A DNA stretch of 64,000 bases from Candidatus Limimorpha caballi (GTDB lineage: Bacteria > Bacteroidota > Bacteroidia > Bacteroidales > F082): contig JAGHUX010000023.1 of NCBI GenBank assembly GCA_018064605.1, positions 149-64,148 on the forward strand. The letters run 5' to 3'. The translations under genes and the position numbers were made by a program. Below the pieces are notes generated by a model. It was not told the origin of the DNA, made no database searches, and saw only the letters and a program-made list of their open reading frames with translations. Positions 18,802-29,200 of this stretch are shown here, piece by piece (the stretch's first letter is position 1; each line of letters opens with the position of its first letter).

Positions 18802-19785
18802 TCAAAATTTTTTCAACGCCGCGCAAATCTCGTCGCTGCTCAGTTCGTTCATACATTTGAAATGTTTCTTCGGGCAGTTCTTATAGCCGAGTTTTGAACA
18901 TGGACGGCACTTAAGTCCTTTGCATTCAATGATTTTCGAGAACTCCGGGTGTTGTGGGTCGTAAGGTGTCATGCCGAACTCAGGCACCGTGTTGCCCCAC
19001 GTAGAGACGATGGGCTTGTGCAATGCGGCGGCGATATGCATCATTCCGGTGTCGTTGGTCAAGACGGCTTTAGCCATTTTTATGATTGAAGCCGACTGTT
19101 CGAGATTAAGCATCCCGACGGGATTTCCGACGTTCTCACCGACCGCGTCGGCAATCTCTTTGGCACGTGTCATGTCTTCCGAACCGCCGAGAAGTATCAC
19201 CGGCTCGTCGAGTTTCTCTATGACTTCAATGACTTTCTGTGTCGGAAGTACTTTCGTGTTATGGCTTCCGCCAATGACAACGGCATAAAACCCGTTACGG
19301 AACTCCTCAGGAAGGTCCGGCTCCTGCATCTGGTTCGTGTCGCTGATGTAAAACTCCAAGCCCTTGCCGTCGTTCTTGATGTCCAATGCCTCAACAGCCT
19401 CAAAATATCTGTCAACAATATGAACCTTCGGCAACTTGTTGATTTTGAATACAGTCAAAAGCATCTTCTTGAAATCAAGCTTATGAAAACTATGGTGCTC
19501 GCACCTCAAAGCGCGGCAGATCGCCTTCGACCTGTGATTCTTCTGTAAATCAATGACATAATCGAAATTCTCTTTCTTCAACTCTCTGATTGTCTCCTTC
19601 AGTGAACCAGAAAACTCGTGGGTCTTATCGACAAAAGGGTTGGCGTGCGTTATGCCCGCGAATTTTTCTTTTATCAGATAATGCAACTCCAAATCGTCAT
19701 CCATCTGCCATTTCAGACATCTTATTATCGGGGTAGTCAGGACAATGTCGCCTATCGAACTGAATCGTATTATCAGAATTTTCAT
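18802..19785 (-). CDS. Glycosyltransferase family 9 (LPS heptosyltransferase-like)
   Basis: N-terminal MKILIIRFSSIGDIVLTTP and C-terminal TNDTGMMHIAAAL motifs are typical of GT9. Confidence 0.8.
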   Translation of the reverse strand: MKILIIRFSSIGDIVLTTPIIRCLKWQMDDDLELHYLIKEKFAGITHANPFVDKTHEFSGSLKETIRELKKENFDYVIDLQKNHRSKAICRALRCEHHSFHKLDFKKMLLTVFKINKLPKVHIVDRYFEAVEALDIKNDGKGLEFYISDTNQMQEPDLPEEFRNGFYAVVIGGSHNTKVLPTQKVIEVIEKLDEPVILLGGSEDMTRAKEIADAVGENVGNPVGMLNLEQSASIIKMAKAVLTNDTGMMHIAAALHKPIVSTWGNTVPEFGMTPYDPQHPEFSKIIECKGLKCRPCSKLGYKNCPKKHFKCMNELSSDEICAALKKF

Positions 19786-19791
19786 GTCGTT

Positions 19792-22632
19792 TTATTTTTC
19801 AATTAAAGTTGATTTATATCTGCTTACTCCTTGATAATCAAGTGAAGGGAAGTCTTTCAAGTATTTGAACTCCGCTTCGTTTGATTTGAAATCCAACGGT
19901 TTTGGGTCGATTCCTATGTCTCTCGCCCAAATCGCGATGTAACTGTTCATTGAAACAAAATACATTTTAGTGCGGTCAATGGGCTGGCCGTTTTCCAAAC
20001 AGACTTTCGAATTGACGAAATGATAAATATTGTCGCTGCCAACGTAATATTCAATGGTGTAAGTGATTCCGGAGACATGACAAGGGAAACCATCATTTGT
20101 CGCTGCGAGGTTCAGGAATTCCTCTATCTGCTTGCCTGTCATCTTCATCGTGAAAATGCCATTGTCAAACGGATCGAGATTCAAAACATCAATATATCTG
20201 AAATTGGTGCTCGTCATGCTGTCTAAACGCACGCCGCCGGGATTCTGTATCGCGATTTCGGTTTTTGCCATATAACGCTGCGCATCGGTCATGAAGGCGC
20301 CAAGTTCTTCCTTGTTCGACAACGGAAACTTCGACTGTCCGACAATTCTGTTGAACTCTGGGACGTGGCAAAAACCATCAACTTTCTTTTTTATGTTTTC
20401 ATCGACTTTCGTAATTTCCCTTAAATCAATGATTTGTGAATGTTTATTGATAATCTCCCCGCCACAAATCTGTATCTTTGTCAGCGTTGTGAAATTTAAA
20501 TCCCTCTTCGACTGCGTATATAAGACCCCGCTTGGATATTGTTTCGTCAACAAATGATGCGAGTGTCCACCGATTATGAGGTCAAACTGCGGATAGACGC
20601 GAGCGAGAATTGAATCGACCTCAATGCCGCAATGGTCAACGAGCACAAAGACATCGCAGCTGTCTTTAAGTGACAGATAGTCATTGATTTTCTGTATTGC
20701 GTCAACAAACCGCACATCTTTTATGCTGTCGCGGTGCGCACTCGGAAAGCCGTAGTTCGATGTCTCGATCATTCCAAGAAAAATCACGCTGACATCCACA
20801 CCTTTTATGTTTTTCACAGTTTTGAAGTATGGTTTTATCATTCCTGAAATCTCAGGATAACTTGAGAAATCGGCGTTTGCGCAGATGACAGGAAAGTTTG
20901 TATTCTTCACAAAATACTCAAGGCCATTGATGCTTTCGTCAAATTCATGATTGCCTAACTCACTGACAGTGAACCTCAAATCATTCATCAGGGTGACCAT
21001 CGGCAAGTTTGGATGCGTAGGATTCTTGTCGTTATAAATATTACCAGTCCTGTTGTCACCTGCACTTACAAGCATCAGATCAGGATAGATTTTACGCAGA
21101 CTATCAACGACATACGCAAATCTCGGCATCTTTTCAATATGGCCGTGCATATCGTTGATCGAGAGGATTTCCACTTCCAAGGTGTCGATATTCCTTGCCT
21201 TGATTCTGTCAAGACATTGATAACCAATAGTATCCAAATTTTCAAAATATTCTATGGTGGCATCGTAAATCAACGACCCCGTCGCTGTCGCTCTAAAGCC
21301 TTGTTTTTCAAGAAATTCCATCGGATATTCGCTCAACGCGACTGAATATTTTCTTTCCAAGTCAAGCGGCTCGCCATTTTCAAGAGTCACCGACACATTT
21401 GAAAAATGCGGAATCTTATATTCGTCAAAAACATAGTCAATGGAATAGTTCATGCCCGAAACATAAACTGGCCCACGGTCACTTGTCGAAAAATCATTTA
21501 TGAAACTGACAATTTCCTTACCGCTCATCTCTATGGTTTTCAATCTGTTATCAAAAGGGCTGAAATCATATACATCAACAACTCTTATTTCATCACCTTC
21601 GTGACTTGTTTTCCTGACAGCACCATAATTATGGAATGCGAGGTCGGTGTTCATGGCCGCGCGGTATGAATCAGCGAGCAGACAGCCTATTCTATATCTG
21701 TTGTCAAGCGGAGTAGCCGTATATCCCAAAAATCTTGTCAGGTATTCGTTTTTGTAAAATTTATCTACACTTTTTCTGAGTCTTGCGTTTTCCGGAAGAC
21801 CGTTTTTCAGAGAGATACATTCCGCTGTTTTTGAAACGACCTTACCATCAACGACATTAATTTTCACGACATTGGCATAATTCAGATAAGATCCAGTCTG
21901 TGTGCAAAGCACGTTATCTCCATGATACTCAATGTATTTATTATGAGAATGTCCCCCGATAATCACATCAAACTGCGGACAGTCTTCCGCTATCGGGTAA
22001 TCGCCTCGTTCACCGCAATGTGAAAGCAAGATGAATACATCACAGCTGTCGGCAAGATATACATAATCTTTGGCGGTTTCGTAAGGATCAGTGAAGCTGA
22101 TGTTTTGTATATTTTTCCCAATCGCTGACGGATGACCGTTTTTATATGTCTCAATAAGCCCCAAGACACAAATTTTAACATCTTGATTATCAATATAATG
22201 ATATGGTTTTATATTCAATTCAGGTTCTTTGGAGAAATCAGCGTTTGCACAAATAAGCGGGATTTTCGTTTTTTTCTGAAAATCGACCAACCCGTCAATG
22301 CCTTTGTCAAATTCATGGTTGCCGATTGCAGAGAGGTCAAATCCGATTGTTTTCATCAGATTGAACATGGGATAATTTGGACAATTAGGATAGAAATCGT
22401 TGTACGAATTGCCAGTTATATTATCTCCAGCACTGAATATCAACAGATTAGGATATAGTTTGCGCAGACTGTCGGCAACAAATCCGAGACGTGGCATCCG
22501 CTCAATATGCCCGTGCATATCGTTGACCGTAAGGATAACTATCTCCTTGTTCCCTTTGTTTGATGAAGGCTTGTCGGTCGCGCATGAAACCAACAACAAA
22601 CTGATAACCAATATGTTAAGTATCTTTTTCAT
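19792..22632 (-). CDS. Lipoprotein with two tandem complete metallophosphatase / 5'-nucleotidase (UshA-like) modules
   Basis: Lipobox LLLVSC. NDMHGH occurs at aa 37-42 and again at aa 493-498. Each copy is followed by AGDN, GNHEFD, ICANADFS and IIGGHSH, and by a 5'-nucleotidase C-terminal-like region (DxYxFSPFDN / LNLDPFDN). Confidence 0.85.
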   Translation of the reverse strand: MKKILNILVISLLLVSCATDKPSSNKGNKEIVILTVNDMHGHIERMPRLGFVADSLRKLYPNLLIFSAGDNITGNSYNDFYPNCPNYPMFNLMKTIGFDLSAIGNHEFDKGIDGLVDFQKKTKIPLICANADFSKEPELNIKPYHYIDNQDVKICVLGLIETYKNGHPSAIGKNIQNISFTDPYETAKDYVYLADSCDVFILLSHCGERGDYPIAEDCPQFDVIIGGHSHNKYIEYHGDNVLCTQTGSYLNYANVVKINVVDGKVVSKTAECISLKNGLPENARLRKSVDKFYKNEYLTRFLGYTATPLDNRYRIGCLLADSYRAAMNTDLAFHNYGAVRKTSHEGDEIRVVDVYDFSPFDNRLKTIEMSGKEIVSFINDFSTSDRGPVYVSGMNYSIDYVFDEYKIPHFSNVSVTLENGEPLDLERKYSVALSEYPMEFLEKQGFRATATGSLIYDATIEYFENLDTIGYQCLDRIKARNIDTLEVEILSINDMHGHIEKMPRFAYVVDSLRKIYPDLMLVSAGDNRTGNIYNDKNPTHPNLPMVTLMNDLRFTVSELGNHEFDESINGLEYFVKNTNFPVICANADFSSYPEISGMIKPYFKTVKNIKGVDVSVIFLGMIETSNYGFPSAHRDSIKDVRFVDAIQKINDYLSLKDSCDVFVLVDHCGIEVDSILARVYPQFDLIIGGHSHHLLTKQYPSGVLYTQSKRDLNFTTLTKIQICGGEIINKHSQIIDLREITKVDENIKKKVDGFCHVPEFNRIVGQSKFPLSNKEELGAFMTDAQRYMAKTEIAIQNPGGVRLDSMTSTNFRYIDVLNLDPFDNGIFTMKMTGKQIEEFLNLAATNDGFPCHVSGITYTIEYYVGSDNIYHFVNSKVCLENGQPIDRTKMYFVSMNSYIAIWARDIGIDPKPLDFKSNEAEFKYLKDFPSLDYQGVSRYKSTLIEK

Positions 22633-23585
22633 ATTATAACCTTATAATCATTAAAAATCTTTTCAACAGCTTCTTCGTATTCATCCAAATGATTGACTTT
22701 CTTCACATTACGCCAGACATTCTGCGGGTCGTCGAAGATGTTCATCATGTATTTCCACAACTCTTTCATGCTCCCGATGATTTTCGGACTACCGCCGGCG
22801 TGACGAAGCCTCTCAACATAAAGATTGACAACAAAATTATGAAGTCTTAATTGTCTATCTTTTTGATTGTCATTGATTTGTTTTATATCTTCCGCCAGAA
22901 ACGGATTCGTGAGCAAACCGCGTCCCAACATCGTATGTGTTATATCTGTAGAAATATTTTCTACAACTGACTTGTATTTTTCGACTGTATAAATATCGCC
23001 GTTATAAACCAAAGGCTTGTTTATCAATGGAATAAGCTCCTTGAACTTTTCAAGCGACGCCTCGCCGGTGTACATCTGTTTCCCGATTCGCGGATGAATT
23101 ATTATCTCACTGAAAGACAATGAGTTAAATGTTTCAATGAACTTGAATATCTCGTCAGGACTGTAATAGCCGAGCCGACATTTTATGCTGAATTTTATTC
23201 CGTCAATGTTATTGCAGACTTCCTCAAGCATCGCGGTAGTACGTTGATAATCAGCCATAAGACCACAGCCGCGCGTTTTGTTCGCCACACGCGGGAAAGG
23301 ACAGCCCATATTCAAGTTAAACTCAGTATAACCCATTGATTTACATTGATTTGCAAATCTGATTATCTCCTCGGCGGTATTACTCAATATTTGAGGCACA
23401 ACGATTTTAACATCATTGAACCTCGGGTCAATCTCCTCGCCGCGCAGACTTCTTGAGTTGTCTTTTTGTATCCCCGTGAAAAAAGGCGTATATAACTTGT
23501 CTATTCCGCCAAAATGTTTCATGAACACATTGCGATAGACCACATCGGTAATCCCTTGAAACGGTGCAAGACTTAACTCATTCAT
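22629..23585 (-). CDS. tRNA-dihydrouridine synthase family protein
   Basis: Contains APFQGITDVVYRNVF and the NMGCPFPRV catalytic-Cys region, consistent with a TIM-barrel flavoenzyme. Confidence 0.8.
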   Translation of the reverse strand: MNELSLAPFQGITDVVYRNVFMKHFGGIDKLYTPFFTGIQKDNSRSLRGEEIDPRFNDVKIVVPQILSNTAEEIIRFANQCKSMGYTEFNLNMGCPFPRVANKTRGCGLMADYQRTTAMLEEVCNNIDGIKFSIKCRLGYYSPDEIFKFIETFNSLSFSEIIIHPRIGKQMYTGEASLEKFKELIPLINKPLVYNGDIYTVEKYKSVVENISTDITHTMLGRGLLTNPFLAEDIKQINDNQKDRQLRLHNFVVNLYVERLRHAGGSPKIIGSMKELWKYMMNIFDDPQNVWRNVKKVNHLDEYEEAVEKIFNDYKVII

Positions 23586-25155
23586 TTTTTTTGGTTATAA
23601 CACGAACAAAAGTCATGACAAGCAATAACGCCGTCAAGAAAGCCGACACTTTGTATATATAGTCGCCATAACGGACATAGAAAGTCTGCTTATCGTTGGT
23701 TTTCAGTACGTTACGTATGGCGGTCTGTTCCCAGTATTTTGTTTTTTCGACAATGTCGCCTCTTTGATTTATGAAAGCCGAGATGCCTGTGTTCGCCGAG
23801 CGAGCGATGCTCCTTCTCGTCTCAATGGCGCGAAGACTCGAAAATTCAAGATGCTGCCTGTGGCCGGGCGTGTTGCCCCACCACCCGTCGTTGGTGATGA
23901 CGAAAAGCATGTCGGCGCCTTTCCTGACAAACTCTGTCACATAACCGCCGAATGCTGATTCATAACAAATCAACGTTCCAACTTTATGATTATCAAAGGA
24001 TAACACGCGAGCCTCGGCATCTTTTTTCAACGTTCCCGTCGTCCCGCCAAGGTCAACAGCCATATTCGCCAACGGCCTGATGACCCACCACGACGGCATC
24101 GCCTCGACGCCGGGTGTCAACTTCGATTTATGATAAAGCTGAATGTCGTCTTTTGTGATGAGAGCCGCTGTATTATAGGCATAGTAATATTCATCGGCGT
24201 CATAGAATTTCCGCGCGGCGAAATCGTCCTCCTCCCCTTTTGGAACCAATCCTAAAGCACTGATTCCCACGACATAACACGACTGCGGGAAAGTGTCGAT
24301 ATATCTTCGTAACTCCCTGATCGAATAGAATCTGTCAATGTTTTCAAGCCAGATATCCTCCTGTATCGCCGACTCGGGACTGACAACAAACCTTGTGTTT
24401 TCGGTCATCAGAGGTGCGGCAACCTCAAGATTTCTCTTCAAAATCTGCGGAGGCGTGAGGGTGAACTCCTCCAAATAAGGGTCGAGATTCGGCTGAACAA
24501 CCACAACCTCAACCTCATTGCCGATCTCTTTGTAAGAATGATACATTATCTTACTGACAATCAACGGGATGACAATAACAGCCGTTGCCAACGCCGCTGA
24601 TTTTAGGTGATTCTTGCTTTTGAACAACCATTTATAAATCAATATGTTAGAAGTCAGAACCCAGACCGTGCCGCCTGCCGTGCCTGTCCATTCATACCAT
24701 TGAACCCAGGTGTGATAATGCGAGAAGACATTGCCCAAGTTAAGCCAAGGCCAGTTCAACTGCCAGTTAAGATGCAGGTATTCAAAAGCCAACACAAAGA
24801 TTATCAACACATAATAACCTTTTTTGTTTTCATATAATTTTGTTTTTACAAGATGAAAAACCCAGAAGACTATGGCCATGAACACACTGTTGAGCAGAAT
24901 CATCCCGATGGTGCCGGCGGCTGTCGTTTTCCACACCCACCACGTTGTCAATGAGTTCCATGTCAAAAAAGTTACAAATGCGAGCAAGAACATCTTGCCT
25001 TTCTCAGGATTTTCCCTGTCACCGATTCTGTCTTGAAGGAGAAGCAGCGGGATGAAAGCCACGAAAGCTAATGGTGCCAGACCACTTGTGGGCCAGGCTG
25101 CGGCGATGAGCAAGCCACTCAATAACGCCAATGACACTTTTGTTATAACTCTCAT
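23578..25155 (-). CDS. lnt: Apolipoprotein N-acyltransferase
   Basis: An N-terminal domain of about 8 TM helices is followed by a CN-hydrolase domain with the catalytic-Cys motif LICYESAFG. Confidence 0.85.
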   Translation of the reverse strand: MRVITKVSLALLSGLLIAAAWPTSGLAPLAFVAFIPLLLLQDRIGDRENPEKGKMFLLAFVTFLTWNSLTTWWVWKTTAAGTIGMILLNSVFMAIVFWVFHLVKTKLYENKKGYYVLIIFVLAFEYLHLNWQLNWPWLNLGNVFSHYHTWVQWYEWTGTAGGTVWVLTSNILIYKWLFKSKNHLKSAALATAVIVIPLIVSKIMYHSYKEIGNEVEVVVVQPNLDPYLEEFTLTPPQILKRNLEVAAPLMTENTRFVVSPESAIQEDIWLENIDRFYSIRELRRYIDTFPQSCYVVGISALGLVPKGEEDDFAARKFYDADEYYYAYNTAALITKDDIQLYHKSKLTPGVEAMPSWWVIRPLANMAVDLGGTTGTLKKDAEARVLSFDNHKVGTLICYESAFGGYVTEFVRKGADMLFVITNDGWWGNTPGHRQHLEFSSLRAIETRRSIARSANTGISAFINQRGDIVEKTKYWEQTAIRNVLKTNDKQTFYVRYGDYIYKVSAFLTALLLVMTFVRVITKKNE

Positions 25156-26292
25156 CTATTTGACCCTCAATAACTTTGTGATTTTAAAACTATTATCAGT
25201 AAAAATGATCGAAGCGTTTCCGTTGCGTTCAATCTGATTGATGCTTTCCTCAAAAAGACCGCAGATTTGTTCGACGTTACTCATGTTTATAAAGGGTGCG
25301 AAGTTTTTTGTGAAGTTTTTCTCGTCTGCCGGAAGCAACACATTGTCGGACATATTATTATTGAACAGCAATGAGTTATGGAAGATATTCAGTCCATATT
25401 CGAGAAATTCCTTTTGCTTCTCGCGTCCGAGCGGTTTTATGTCGTTTGCCACGAGGTCGATGAGTTCCGGGACTGCGCCTTTGAAGCAGTAGCGCATCCA
25501 TTTCTGGAAAATGCCGGCATAGAGTTTCTCGTCATCCTTGTCGCTGACGAAATGCTGCGCCAAGAGCCAGTTGCCGTCGGCGAGGGCGGCTGCGTCGTAC
25601 GCCTCCTGCGTCGAGCACGCAAACTTCTGAACAAGAGCGTCTTGCACTTCCGGCATCGTTATCTTCGGCACTTTCACCAACATGCAACGCGACCGGATGG
25701 TGGTAAGCAGTTCCTCCTGATTCTCAGCTATCAAGATGAACAGCGTCTTCTCCGGCGGCTCCTCAATAAGTTTCAGTAACTTATTGGCACACTGTACGTT
25801 AAGTTTCTCCGCCATCCAGATGACGACGACCTTATATTCACTTTCGTAGGCTTTAAAACTCAGTTTCCTTAAAATCGTCGCGGCATCACGCACGTTGATG
25901 ACACCTTGTTTGTTTTCAATGTCGAGCTTGTTGAACCAATCCGATAAACCAGCATAACCTTGACAATCAATGAGATAACTGCGCCAGTCGGAGATGAACA
26001 AGTCAGATTCCGGATTTTGTTTTACTTCCTTGTTTGTGGCTGTCGGAAACACGAAATGAAGGTCGGGGTGCGTGAGTGACATGAACTTCCTGCACGACGG
26101 GCATACGCCGCAACTGTCTGTCTCTGAACGGTTTGTGCAGTTTATATATTGTGCATAAGCCAAAGCCAAAGGCAGTTTCCCGCTGCCTTCTGGGCCGAGG
26201 AAGAGTTGTGCGTGCGACACACGGCTCTCCCTCACGCTCTGTATCAGGCGTTTTTTCAAATCTTCATGTCCTATGACCTCCGAAAACAACAT
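25156..26292 (-). CDS. holB: DNA polymerase III subunit delta-prime
   Basis: Contains HAQLFLGPEGSGKLPLALAYAQYINC, the zinc module CGVCPSCRKF and an SRC-like motif TIRSRC. Confidence 0.85.
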   Translation of the reverse strand: MLFSEVIGHEDLKKRLIQSVRESRVSHAQLFLGPEGSGKLPLALAYAQYINCTNRSETDSCGVCPSCRKFMSLTHPDLHFVFPTATNKEVKQNPESDLFISDWRSYLIDCQGYAGLSDWFNKLDIENKQGVINVRDAATILRKLSFKAYESEYKVVVIWMAEKLNVQCANKLLKLIEEPPEKTLFILIAENQEELLTTIRSRCMLVKVPKITMPEVQDALVQKFACSTQEAYDAAALADGNWLLAQHFVSDKDDEKLYAGIFQKWMRYCFKGAVPELIDLVANDIKPLGREKQKEFLEYGLNIFHNSLLFNNNMSDNVLLPADEKNFTKNFAPFINMSNVEQICGLFEESINQIERNGNASIIFTDNSFKITKLLRVK

Positions 26293-29200
26293 TATTCCTT
26301 GATGAATTTTCTGACGACAGAATTGTTTTTACGGTCAACTATTTTAACGAAATAAACGCCGCTTGTCAACTCTGAAATGTTGATATTCAATTCGTTGGAG
26401 TCTGTTTTCTGTGAAAATAACTTCATCCCGACTGTGTTGAAAATCTCAACGGTTTGAATGTCATCTGATTTCACGATGATGTTTTCTCTCGCCGGATTAG
26501 GATATATGGCAATGTTATTGTCGTAAGTGATTGATTCAACGTCAGTTATTGTGGTGTTTCCAGGAAATGTGATGTCGTCAATCCAGCAGGCGTTGATTTC
26601 GCTGAGACCGGATGGACTTGTATCGTAACGCCATTCAAGGATATGGTTTCCCGATTTCACTTCAAATTCAGCGAAAGTCCAGTCGTTTTCGCCGGACCAT
26701 CTTTCCTGAATCTGATTGTCGATATAGAAAACGAGGAAGTCTTTTCTCAATTCTGTTGAGGTCTTTAAAAAGAAAGATATTGTGCCGTCTGTCGTATTCA
26801 TCATTTCAACCATGAGAGATGTAATCTCATTATTGTCGATTTCGCCGCTCCGAACGCTGTAGGTTCCTGTATATGATTCATTATCTGTGACAAACCATCT
26901 TTCATCTCCAGAATGTTCCCATTTAAGATGAGATAAGTCGCCGGTCTCAAAGTTCTCTTTGACGCATCCGACGGTGAAAATGAAATGTTTTTCGTGTGCG
27001 TATTGACCGGTTTTCGCTTTGAACTCAAGGTCAATGGTGGTGCCGTCGGGCGTTTCGTCGGAGATAATCATGTCGAGACTCTGTTCAAAGGTCCCGTTGA
27101 CTTCAACGTCGCCGATCACCACATCATTTTCGGTGTAAGTGATGTATGGATTTTCCTCGCATCCGTGCAGAATTGACTCCAAGGCCGCCTTGTGACCGAT
27201 GTTCCTGCCGGCTACGCTTACCCTGTAAATTTCGCCAGATTCAATGAAGTCATTGCCGTTTCCTGACACTTCTTCGTAAGTTATATTATTGATCATCAAC
27301 TGCGGAGCCATTGCTCTGTAGAGAACATTGTTCACCCAGACCTCATTGCCGTCGGTGCAAGTGACGACGAAGTCAACGTATTCGCAATCCGGAACATTGT
27401 CGGCGATTTTAAATTCAAAGGCTTCATCGATGTTGACGGTGTTTCCGGCTGCCACGGCACCGACTGTCGCCGTCGGATTAATCATTTCGATATATTCCGA
27501 ATCCGTTGACAATGTGGCTGTTACGTTATTGGCATCAACCATGCCGATGTTTTTGAAATCAACATCCATTGAAATTGTGTTTGAATATCCGAAATCATCG
27601 CTCAACGTTATGTCTTCAGAAAGCACGAAAGCCGTGTTGTCGTTTATACCTAAAATATTGATTGTCTGAGGATAAGCATTCGGACCTGTGACGATGAGCT
27701 GCAACTCGCCCGCGACATCAAGCGGCTCGAAGAAATTGACTTCCGCCACGCCATTCAGGTCTGTCTGACCAAAAGCGAGAAGTTCGCCGTCGTGGAAAAT
27801 GCTGCAACGGAAGTTGCTCTGCGCCTCACCAATCTTTCTGACTGTCAGCGTGGTATGAGTAGTACCTTGCGGCAATGCTGCATCATAACTGATTTCCGGA
27901 CGGAACGGCTCGTCGAGCCACGGGCAGACCGCCACGTCGCCCATGATGTTCAACGCCCAGAAGCTCCAGATCATGTAAGGGTCATAATAATAGCCGGTAT
28001 TAATAATAGGTGCGACGGTGTTTTTCATCTCAACGAAGGCCGTGCCGATGTACGGAACTCTGTCGTTGTAATATGCGTCGATGAACTCGCGGTGGAGGTG
28101 AGCCGCCGGGCCGTCGCCCCAAGGTGAGTACCAGCCGTAGCGTGAATTGCCGGTCGTGGCCACGAAACCCGTTGAGACAACGGTCATCTTTTCGAGTATG
28201 CAGCCGTGCGAGAAGTCGCCGCAGATGCAGCCGTGCGAATGGAAGAAGTTGTAGTTGTGCGTCACGCCGTCGAGTTTGTTGAAGGTGCCGTCAGTGATGC
28301 CGCTTGCATACCAGCCGGCAACGTAGTCAGTGTTGGCGTGCCCGACGTGATGGACGTAACCGCCGCCGTAGTTGTTGATGGCATTTCTGAAGATGCTACC
28401 GCTCCAGCCGGTCTCGCCGTCAGCATAGACCTTGTGGAAATTGTAAGTCTCAGGGATGCCGACGGTGGTGTATTCGAAATCGCTGCTGCCGCCGATGAGT
28501 CGGTCGAGGTCGGTGCTGCCGTAATAGCCGTCACCGAGATGTTCGGCACCGAGAATGACATCACGGAACTCACCTAAAACAGGATTTTCCTGATACTCGA
28601 AAGTCTTGTGTAACAGGTTGTTAAGCTGCACTTCGTTGTTGAAGCACAAACGTCCGATGCCTATCTCAGGTTCATAGTCGCTCTCTCCTATTTCACCCCA
28701 GACGCCGTTGTTGTTGGCATCCCAGTCAACGTCGAAACAGGTGAAATACATATCGGCAGGGATATTGTCTATTTCCTCGTCGAAGACATTAACATACAAG
28801 GCACGGAACGGAACCAGCCCGGTGTCGCCACCGAGGAGGACCATCATAATGCCTTCATTCTCATACTCTTGCTTTATGTAATTAAACATCTTCTCCTGGT
28901 CATCACGACCGCTGTTGTCGGCCAAGATGTCTTCCAGCGCCGCGACGCGCGTGCGAAGGCCGCGTGCCTCATAGAAGGTGACATACTCGTCGAAATGCGA
29001 CACCCACTCCGCCGGCGTGATGACGAGAAGCTCGTAGCCCGGAATCGACCGCCCGCGTGTGTAATACTGCTCGATGGCTTCGGGATTCTGTGCCAGCCTC
29101 TCGACCTTGCCTTTTATCTCAGGTGTCGCCCAAAGAAGACTGCTCTTGTCTGACTTTGAAGCTGTTACATTGACTTTGACAGTCGCCGTCTTTGCGTATG

